Assembly (NCBI GenBank): GCA_043784805.1
Contig: JAYVXX010000111.1
Span: 1-39,176 of the forward strand
DNA from: Minisyncoccota bacterium
GTDB lineage: Bacteria > Patescibacteriota > Minisyncoccia > Phycocordibacterales > UBA5272
Length of the DNA: 39,176 nt
Direction: 5' to 3'
Translations under genes and position numbers: made by a program
Shown: positions 33,488 through 39,176 of the stretch, piece after piece
Layout of the letters: each line of letters begins with the position of its first letter
How positions within the stretch are numbered: the stretch's first letter is position 1
The notes under the pieces: model-generated
Databases searched by the model: none
What the model was told of the DNA's origin: nothing
Seen by the model: the letters and a program-made list of their open reading frames with translations, nothing else

Positions 33488-34182
33488 AAGTGAACACCCT
33501 TGTAGGTATTCCAGGAAGTGCGGGCAAGTATCCTATCGGTAGTGAACCCGCTAACTGGGTTGCCGCAGCGAATGCGGCGGGTTTGTATCAAATCCGGGAA
33601 ATCGTAGGCAAGCCGGAAGTAGATGCGGCAAACTCACTCCTATTAGCTTGGAGTCACGTCGATGAGCCAGACCTAAAGGGTGTTACCCTTGAGCAGCTGA
33701 AGGTTGCTCACGATACTGGCAGGCTAGCAGACATGGTGAGGCCGGTGCCATGGTTCATGAACTTTGCTGGAGGAATGGTATTAGCCAAGGTGCCTAATAG
33801 TCCGACATCGTCGTGGTATCAGCAAGCCTCACAGCAGGCTAGCTGGATCGGCTCTGACATCTATCCTGTATCGGGCTGGAACAACGCTCTGGACCTATTC
33901 ACGCCGGGTCAGTGCGTAGACAAGCTTGCTGGTCTGTGTCCTGGCAAGAAACAGTTTATGTATGTCGAGTGTTGCCGGCAAGGTCTGGGCTGGCTACCGG
34001 GTGGCGGACGTTCACCCACAGTCGCTGAGGTGAATCTTATCGTAGCTCAGGCAGAGCGTAGGGAGGTTGCTGGCATCATATGGTTCCCGATTCAGCCAGA
34101 GGGTGGCTTTCTGTTTGATGCTACTACACCCGACGTCAAGCAGGCTATGAGAGAGATCAATCACAAGTTAAGACGATGGTGA
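33430..34182 (+). CDS. Putative glycoside hydrolase-like TIM-barrel protein (clan GH-A-like)
   Basis: IGVCQQP...W.DLEVNTLVG resembles beta1/alpha1. WSHVDEPD resembles the beta4 (N/D)EP acid/base motif. FMYVECC is a candidate beta7 nucleophile. This is by eye only. An alternative GTG start at 33490 would remove the overlap with the upstream ORF. Confidence 0.5.
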   Translation: MYIGVCQQPVESFPKWQDLEVNTLVGIPGSAGKYPIGSEPANWVAAANAAGLYQIREIVGKPEVDAANSLLLAWSHVDEPDLKGVTLEQLKVAHDTGRLADMVRPVPWFMNFAGGMVLAKVPNSPTSSWYQQASQQASWIGSDIYPVSGWNNALDLFTPGQCVDKLAGLCPGKKQFMYVECCRQGLGWLPGGGRSPTVAEVNLIVAQAERREVAGIIWFPIQPEGGFLFDATTPDVKQAMREINHKLRRW

Positions 34183-34334
34183 TGCCCAGCTCCCGGCTGC
34201 TGATAACGTGAGCAACATTGATACTAAGTTCACCCGGTAGTGTGGGTTTGAGCTAGTCAGTGTAGGAGTTATCAGGGTGAGTGCCGCATCTCTAGTGGCT
34301 AGGTAGTAGTCACACACGGCATAGACTACCACGG

Positions 34335-34362
34335 GTGGTAGTGGGTTAACACTCACTACCAC
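34335..34362 (+). promoter_or_regulatory. 9-bp hairpin immediately upstream of the ligase start, part of an alternative-pairing triplet
   Basis: GTGGTAGTG (34335-34343) pairs with CACTACCAC (34354-34362). The loop is GGTTAACACT. A third complementary segment, CTACCAC, is at 34326-34332. Confidence 0.35.
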
Positions 34363-34366
34363 TCTT

Positions 34367-35221
34367 ATGATGTTCACTGTAGATAACTTACTCCGACCCA
34401 AAGACTACGCTTGCCAGTTAGTGCAGTGGCTACAGACTAAGCGTGATGGTCTGAGACTACTAGTATCCAAGGATACAGCAGGATACATCACGGCCATGAC
34501 TAGGGAGGGCAAGACAGACTTCTGGCCGGAACTTAGGAGGATCAAAGTAGGTTGGGTGGATAGTATAGTAAAGATACCGATGGGCACAGCTCTTGACTGT
34601 GAACTGGATTCACCCAGCACTCAAGCTACCGACATCAAGACTCTTGTGTTGGCCAGCTCTGACAAGCTGGATCTATCTCCATTCGCCATGCCTATGTATA
34701 AGGGTTATGACTGTAGGAACGTAAAGATAATCCTGGCGAACAACTATATCAGAGACATGGGTTTCACTCCTGTTCCGGTGATGGAGATAGACGATGAGCC
34801 AGTAACTCTCAGCGATAGAGTGCTGGACAGCCTCAAGCGTGAAGCTACTAAGTTAGGTACGGAAGGGTGGATCGCCAAGTTAGCCCACTACAATGGTTGG
34901 TACAAGATCAAGCCAATCAGAACGGTAGACTGTGTGGTCACAGGCTATGAGATTAGTACCTCAGACACTTACTTTGGAGGACTAAAGAACATACAGGTAT
35001 CTCTGTATGACAACGAGTGTCAGCTAGTAAAGATTGCTGACGTTGGTAGCGGCTTTGAAGGACACTACAAGAACAACGTTGACCCTACTACACTATTAGA
35101 TAGGGTATGTGAGATAGCTTATGACTCCCTTGCCAGCAAGGGTAAGCTAAAATTCCCACGGTTCCTACAGTGGCGTGATGACAAGCCTGCCGTAGATTGC
35201 ACGAAAGACCAACTATTATGA
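34367..35221 (+). CDS. ATP-dependent DNA ligase (small T7-type)
   Basis: Motif I is KRDGLR (Lys25, AAG 34439-34441), motif IV EGWIAK and motif V WYKIKP. Confidence 0.85.
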   Translation: MMFTVDNLLRPKDYACQLVQWLQTKRDGLRLLVSKDTAGYITAMTREGKTDFWPELRRIKVGWVDSIVKIPMGTALDCELDSPSTQATDIKTLVLASSDKLDLSPFAMPMYKGYDCRNVKIILANNYIRDMGFTPVPVMEIDDEPVTLSDRVLDSLKREATKLGTEGWIAKLAHYNGWYKIKPIRTVDCVVTGYEISTSDTYFGGLKNIQVSLYDNECQLVKIADVGSGFEGHYKNNVDPTTLLDRVCEIAYDSLASKGKLKFPRFLQWRDDKPAVDCTKDQLL

Positions 35222-35544
35222 TTGAATGCACCTTTATTCACACAGGCCAAACGTATTTCTTTGCCACACTACATGGCAAGTTTGCGCACACTGAGGAAGT
35301 AGATGGTGGGCCAATTATCTCTGCCGGCCCACATCAAGTCTACTTGAAGAATACTACCATCACACTGGAGAAAGCTCTGAAGGATGGGCTGGTGGTTAAG
35401 ATGGGTGATGGAAGATTGGAGGATTGCCGGTCAACAAAGAAGATGCCGGAGAAAATCACAATCTTACTCCAGAATCTTGCTGATGCCTATAAGGATATTG
35501 AGGACTATCTCACAGACCCAGAGCGATGGGATGGGATGTCATGA
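35218..35544 (+). CDS. Hypothetical protein (108 aa)
   Basis: ATG 35218 forms an ATGA overlap with the ligase stop. The track start at 35197 is a TTG. Confidence 0.55.
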   Translation: MIECTFIHTGQTYFFATLHGKFAHTEEVDGGPIISAGPHQVYLKNTTITLEKALKDGLVVKMGDGRLEDCRSTKKMPEKITILLQNLADAYKDIEDYLTDPERWDGMS

Positions 35545-36374
35545 GAGATAACTATGTTCACGGCTCTGCTAGTATCCAGCAATTCTTTAACTGGATCAAC
35601 GAGAGGCAGGCTATATGGTGGCGTAGGAGTAAAGGTCACCCAAAGCCATGGACTACTGACCCGGTGATGCTGGACTATAAGTTCACTAACTGTTTCAGAG
35701 AATTAGACGCTGGTACAGTGGCTCTGAGACTTATGGAGTGTGGTCACATAGATAAGCCACTACTTATCTGGAACGCATGGTGGTATAGGTTGTTCAACTG
35801 GCATGAACACGCTACCAAACTAGGGTTTATATTTCACTACAATACCCTTGAAGAGTACATGCTGGACCTACATAAGCGTGACGGGAGAATCTTCACCGGT
35901 GCCCACATGGTACGTGGGTTAAATGGTGAACGTAAAGTGTTCTCATATCTACGTCTGGCCAAGCAACTCTATGAAGAGCGTGACGCTATATACCAGCAAG
36001 TTAAGCTTGCTGGCACCATAGAAGGTGCCTACAACGTCTGTCTAGGTTACTATCTGATGGGTGACTTCACTAGCTATGAAGTAGCCTGCGATATGCGCTG
36101 GACGGTGCTTAGGGATGCTCCAGACAAGCTTACGTGGGCTAACCCAGGCAACGGAGCTATACGTGGGTTAAAACGTCTAGGGTTATCTCCTACGTTGGCA
36201 GGAATGATACAGATCTTTGAGATGAAGGATTACTATCTTGCTTATTGGGTCAAGAACGCACCGGTGCCTTTTGAACTTAGAGAGATTGAACATAGTCTCT
36301 GTGAGTTTGACAAATATGAGCGGGTCAGGACTGGCCAAGGCAGACCACGTTCCAAGTACAATGGGAGGATATAA
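35541..36374 (+). CDS. Helical enzyme resembling the 5-hmdU DNA hypermodification family (5-hmdU DNA kinase helical domain / aGPT-pyrophosphorylase-like)
   Basis: ATG 35541 forms an ATGA overlap; an alternative ATG is at 35526. The N-terminal signature W..ERQAIWWRRSKGHPKPWTTDPVMLDYKFTNCFRELDAGT matches the recalled pattern ER..I...R..G.P.PWT.DPIL..YRF.N.YRE.D..T. FTGAHMV and MGDFTSYEVACDMRW are also present. The assignment is from memory, not from a search. Confidence 0.55.
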   Translation: MRDNYVHGSASIQQFFNWINERQAIWWRRSKGHPKPWTTDPVMLDYKFTNCFRELDAGTVALRLMECGHIDKPLLIWNAWWYRLFNWHEHATKLGFIFHYNTLEEYMLDLHKRDGRIFTGAHMVRGLNGERKVFSYLRLAKQLYEERDAIYQQVKLAGTIEGAYNVCLGYYLMGDFTSYEVACDMRWTVLRDAPDKLTWANPGNGAIRGLKRLGLSPTLAGMIQIFEMKDYYLAYWVKNAPVPFELREIEHSLCEFDKYERVRTGQGRPRSKYNGRI

Positions 36375-36383
36375 GGAGTAGGT

Positions 36384-36674
36384 ATGAGTACGAAACTTGC
36401 TGCCAAGGCGATTCTAGTTGCACTAGACGCACTTGACAGAGTCATTAAGCTGGAGATTAAGATGTCAGAAGCTCTCGATAAGATCAACAAAGACCTTGCA
36501 GACATTAACACTTTTAGCAACGGCCTGGCCACAGAAGTCACCGCCCTGCGCGACAAGGTCGCCAATGGGATCACACCCGCTGAAGCTGCTGGTGTGACCA
36601 CTCAGCTTGATGGTATCGCTGCCAAGCTGCAAGCACTTGCTGCTAATCCAGCAGCTCCTGTGCCGGTTGCATAA
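36384..36674 (+). CDS. Small Ala/Leu-rich coiled-coil protein (96 aa)
   Basis: ATG preceded by AGGAG at 36374-36378. It is followed by a strong hairpin. Confidence 0.6.
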   Translation: MSTKLAAKAILVALDALDRVIKLEIKMSEALDKINKDLADINTFSNGLATEVTALRDKVANGITPAEAAGVTTQLDGIAAKLQALAANPAAPVPVA

Positions 36675-36680
36675 CTAACT

Positions 36681-36718
36681 AAACATAGGCTCACTGAGAA
36701 GTCGGTGAGCCTATGTTT
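36681..36718 (+). terminator. Hairpin terminator (14-bp perfect stem plus 3 further pairs, GAAG loop)
   Basis: AAACATAGGCTCAC (36681-36694) pairs with GTGAGCCTATGTTT (36705-36718). It starts 7 nt after the stop. Confidence 0.6.
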
Positions 36719-36720
36719 CC

Positions 36721-36751
36721 TAACTAGTAATAGAAACTGAGGTACAACATG
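36721..36751 (+). promoter_or_regulatory. Leader cassette remnant TAACTAGTAATAGAAACTGAGGTACAACATG
   Basis: It shares the TAACTAGTA head with the conserved cassette but has a different SD (GAGG). It ends in ATG 36749. Confidence 0.35.
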
Positions 36752-36994
36752 GATGAAGAATATATGCTGGCCTATCTTGAGATGCGTAAGGCAATCTTGA
36801 TGGCACAGAAGCAAGTGTTGTTTATGTATACTCTGGAAGGCGATGAAGAGACTAAGAATAGGCTCAAGGCTATGAGTATGCTACTTCACGCCGACACAGT
36901 AAGTATGCCTAAAAACTACCCAAAGACCGCACTACAGGTACAATCGGGTAATGGGGATGCCTTTAGACTGGAGTTCTTAAAACATGGACTATGA
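36749..36994 (+). CDS. Hypothetical protein (81 aa)
   Basis: An ATG ORF with a GAGG SD. Confidence 0.55.
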   Translation: MDEEYMLAYLEMRKAILMAQKQVLFMYTLEGDEETKNRLKAMSMLLHADTVSMPKNYPKTALQVQSGNGDAFRLEFLKHGL

Positions 36995-37484
36995 TAAACC
37001 AGTAGGTTCACACCACGGCATACCAGACCTAACACAACGTGATATCACGCTGCTTGAAGCTCATGCTTTATGGGTAAAAACAGCCATCGCTGCTGGCTCC
37101 TATCCAGTCGGGTGGATGCCTCATCACCCTGACTGGATCAAGTCTAGGTTGTTCTGGCGTATTAGGTCTGGAAAGCAGCCGTTGGAGTATCCGCCACCAA
37201 CATGCTACTCTTGCCCGTGGTATGAGCTAATAGAAATGCCGGAAGTGTCTCACTCTACTTATGAGATAGTGCGGACTGTTGATTTTCTTAGTAATGATAT
37301 CAAGTCTGTCATAGTAGCTCAGTGTCGGTATGTATACATCTCTGGACCTATGGATAACCCTACTCAAGAAAACCCTATGATCATTAAATATGGTCAATAC
37401 AAGTTCCGTGCGTGGAACGGTGCGAATACGTCTAGGATGGAGCCAGCAGGGTATATTAAACTGGAGTCTACTGATGGGTTGTGA
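36984..37484 (+). CDS. Hypothetical protein (166 aa)
   Basis: An ATG ORF overlapping both neighbours. No family recognised. Confidence 0.6.
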   Translation: MDYDKPVGSHHGIPDLTQRDITLLEAHALWVKTAIAAGSYPVGWMPHHPDWIKSRLFWRIRSGKQPLEYPPPTCYSCPWYELIEMPEVSHSTYEIVRTVDFLSNDIKSVIVAQCRYVYISGPMDNPTQENPMIIKYGQYKFRAWNGANTSRMEPAGYIKLESTDGL

Positions 37485-37848
37485 TATTCACCTACATACC
37501 GAAGTTAAGGTTGCTGGCAAGTGGCATCACATGGGTCATCCCTTTATTCGCCGACACTACTTGTTGTTTGCGAAGATGGCTAATGTGCGCAATGACCCAG
37601 TGAGAGTCATTGACCCTATTAAACGTCATCTGGGCATCCCTGAAGACGCTACAGAGCTGACCAAGCTGTGTTTCGAGTTGGATCGTGAGAATTATTCTGA
37701 CCTACGTGAAGGATGGCTGGACAGCATTCATATTAGGGAGTTATATGAATGGTACGATAAGCTTAATGAAGCTCATGGCCTTGAAGGGTGGTGGGCTTTC
37801 AGAATACCGTTTGAGGATGTTCGGTTTATCTTTTGGTTTGATAACTAA
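37474..37848 (+). CDS. Hypothetical protein starting MGCDIHLHTE (124 aa)
   Basis: ATG 37474 is preceded by GGAG at 37464-37467. The track start at 37390 overlaps the upstream gene by 95 nt. I recall the MGCDIH N-terminus as a recurrent phage protein family of unknown function. Confidence 0.6.
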   Translation: MGCDIHLHTEVKVAGKWHHMGHPFIRRHYLLFAKMANVRNDPVRVIDPIKRHLGIPEDATELTKLCFELDRENYSDLREGWLDSIHIRELYEWYDKLNEAHGLEGWWAFRIPFEDVRFIFWFDN

Positions 37849-37857
37849 GGAGCACAA

Positions 37858-38277
37858 ATGAAAATCTACATTGCAGCGTCGTTTACTCAGAGAGACTATG
37901 AAGCTGCTGACATGAAGAACTGCTTGCTGGCAGCCGGTCACGAAGTAACTAGCCGATGGCTGGACCCGCTACACCAGAAACACAACAGCTATGGTATGGA
38001 GGACAAGTTTGCCGCTATGGACCTTACCGATATCCGGCGGTCTGAAGCTATGGTCATCATCACGGAGGGTGACGGCAAGCAGACTACTAAAGGTGGCAGG
38101 CACACAGAACTAGGTATAGCTCTGGAGCGTCACATACCTATCTTCTTGTATGGTCCCAAGGAGCAGGTGTTTCACAACCTGCTGAGTATCCAGCAAGTTA
38201 TTACTACAAGTCGGTTGATATTCGAGTTGGCCAAACACAGTAAGACTGCTTCAGGCAGCGTTGAAAGCTCTGGCTGA
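37858..38277 (+). CDS. Nucleoside 2-deoxyribosyltransferase / dNMP N-glycosidase (DNPH1/Rcl)-like protein
   Basis: MKIYIAASF..., ...DLTDIRRSEAMVII..., and GGRHTELGIALERHIPIFLY match the fold pattern MKIYxAGP...D...I..sD.vv....s.Gt..E.G.A...gkPv. The SD is AAGGAG at 37847-37852. Confidence 0.55.
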   Translation: MKIYIAASFTQRDYEAADMKNCLLAAGHEVTSRWLDPLHQKHNSYGMEDKFAAMDLTDIRRSEAMVIITEGDGKQTTKGGRHTELGIALERHIPIFLYGPKEQVFHNLLSIQQVITTSRLIFELAKHSKTASGSVESSG

Positions 38278-38385
38278 CCGGCTGTGTAATTGTGGATATC
38301 TAGTACCTAGTCTCAATGGCAATCATCCAAAACTACACAGTAAATCGTGTGCTTTCGTGGCGGCTCTGAATATGGAGTATAAACT

Positions 38386-39029
38386 ATGAATGATATTATT
38401 TGCGGTGATTGTGTAGAGAAAACTAAAAACATTTCAGACTCTAGTATAGACATGGTTTTATTCAGTCCACCGTATGACAAAATAAGGGACTACAACGGAT
38501 TTGAAATCGACATGAAATCATTGGGAGCAGAGTACTGAAAGATGGAGGTGTATGTGTAATAGCGGACGGAACTAAGAATTTTGCTAAAAGTCTGACTACT
38601 TGTCGTATAACTTTGGGTCGGGTTTCAACTGTTTGAACATCTGATTTATAGCAAACACGGTAGACCTGGTGCTTGGTGGAACCAACGATTCAGAGTAGAC
38701 CATGAATCAATCCTTGTATTCTTCAAGGGTGCCAGACCAAAATTTTTGATAAGCAACATTTATCGGTACCATCAAAAACTGCAGGTAGAGGCTGGCACTA
38801 CTCAACATCAAACTCTGAAGGCAACTGGTTGAAGTTAAAACATCCGGCTACATTTCCAGATAAGTTAGCTGAAGACTTGATCAAATGTTTTACTCAGGAA
38901 GGTGAAACAGTCCTTGATCCAACCACTTTAGTCAAGGCTAAACAATGTAAAAGGAATTACATCGGCATAGACTCATCTACCTATTACACTGAAATATGTA
39001 AACATCGTTTAGACTTGGAGACAAGATGA
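38386..39029 (+). pseudogene. Decayed N6/N4 DNA methyltransferase (N6_N4_Mtase family): at least 3 frameshifts plus loss of the FxGxG AdoMet motif
   Basis: Homology is split over four frames. Fragment 38386-38538 reads MNDIICGDC...DMVLFSPPY then stop. Fragment 38535-38636 reads LKDGGVCVIADGTKNF... then stop. Fragment 38611-38832 reads GFQLFEHLIYSKHGRPGAWWNQRFRVDHESILVFFKGARPKF. Fragment 38706-39029 reads ...KLKHPATFPDKLAEDLIKCFTQEGETVLDP--TTLVKAKQCKRNYIGID. The third shift lies in the A4T5 run at 38739-38747. By eye the region is more AT-rich than its flanks. Confidence 0.75.
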
Positions 39030-39176
39030 AAATCTTAGACATTCGCGGCACAAACGGATCAGGCAAGAGTTCTGTAGTAACCTTGCTGGCAAAGGGTGCA
39101 GGCAGGGCGGTGTCCCAGACACCGTGCGGGATGCCATATACTATACTTGCGACGGAGAAACACGGTCTGATAGCAG
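39026..39176 (+). CDS. P-loop NTPase/kinase, N-terminal 50 codons (3' end outside the window)
   Basis: ATG 39026 forms an ATGA overlap with the methyltransferase remnant stop. Walker A is GTNGSGKSS. The frame is open to the window end. Confidence 0.6.
   Translation, partial: MKILDIRGTNGSGKSSVVTLLAKGAGRAVSQTPCGMPYTILATEKHGLIA

Noticed and set aside
34275-34365. Possible tRNA. GGGTGAGTG...CACTCAC could form an acceptor-like stem, and the 3' side reads ...CACTCACTACCA
   Set aside because: There is no T-loop (GTTCRANYC-like) and no D-loop GG in register. The internal helices do not give a cloverleaf with a 7-nt anticodon loop. It is kept only as a structured-spacer finding.
16-37941. All minus-strand ORFs in the six-frame track (60-167 aa), e.g. 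96-512, 5398-5877, 10911-11414, 17347-17808, 19540-19998, 24912-25313 and 36242-36601
   Set aside because: Every one is nested antisense inside a longer + strand gene that has recognisable motifs or strong synteny. None has its own intergenic space or an SD-like signal that I could see. Their compositions (Ser/Arg/Cys/Leu-rich) look like antisense translation artefacts.
38284-38339. CTGTGTA (38284-38290) and TACACAG (38333-38339), an inverted repeat between the NDT-like gene and the methyltransferase remnant
   Set aside because: It is only 7 bp with a ~42-nt loop, which is expected by chance. It has no T-tract and no second copy.
1-39176. Search for CRISPR arrays, rRNA/tRNA genes, integrase/att sites, transposases and terminal repeats
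   Set aside because: No regularly spaced direct repeats were seen. No tyrosine or serine recombinase motifs or DDE transposase motifs were seen in any long ORF. No long repeats flank any segment. Nothing supports calling a mobile element or array in this window.

Overview
This window is a roughly 39 kb slice of a tailed dsDNA phage (siphovirus-type) or prophage. Every credible gene is on the + strand, and many junctions are ATGA/TAATG start-stop overlaps.

Layout:
(1) 1-13705, late structural module. It holds the 3' part of the major capsid gene, a hairpin terminator, head-tail connector and neck genes, the major tail tube, a tail-assembly chaperone pair with a lambda-like GGGAAAC -1 frameshift site, and a 914-aa tape measure. 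A distal-tail block follows that is syntenic with Rhodobacter GTA g12-g15 (TIGR02217/DUF2460-like, DUF2163/BR0599-like, NlpC/P60, host-specificity protein), then a DUF2793-like gene. One extra gene is inserted in this block.
(2) 13706-13985, an AT-rich non-coding boundary.
(3) 13986-18241, an early region with an HNH endonuclease, a GNAT and a MoxR-type AAA+ ATPase with partners. It is punctuated by near-consensus sigma70 promoters and a conserved 22-nt stop/SD/ATG leader cassette.
(4) Replication genes: SNF2 helicase, a DnaG-type primase fused to an MCM-like helicase, family A DNA polymerase and ATP-dependent ligase.
(5) A nucleotide and DNA-modification gene set: MazG-like NTP pyrophosphatase, a ThyA-fold enzyme with the dCMP-specific Asp signature, a dNMP kinase, a dCMP deaminase, a protein resembling the 5-hmdU hypermodification enzyme family, and a deoxyribosyltransferase/DNPH1-like protein.
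(6) 31100-33063, a second cluster of small promoter-driven early genes, then an ATG-less ORF ending in a PEP-CTERM-like signal and a GH-A-like TIM-barrel protein.
(7) A multiply frameshifted DNA methyltransferase pseudogene and a 3'-truncated P-loop gene.

I saw no tRNA, rRNA, CRISPR array, integrase, terminase, portal or obvious holin in the window.

The best candidate for something new is the dispersed pyrimidine hypermodification system, whose chemistry does not match any described pathway cleanly. All family assignments come from motif recognition by eye and from memory. No database search was run.
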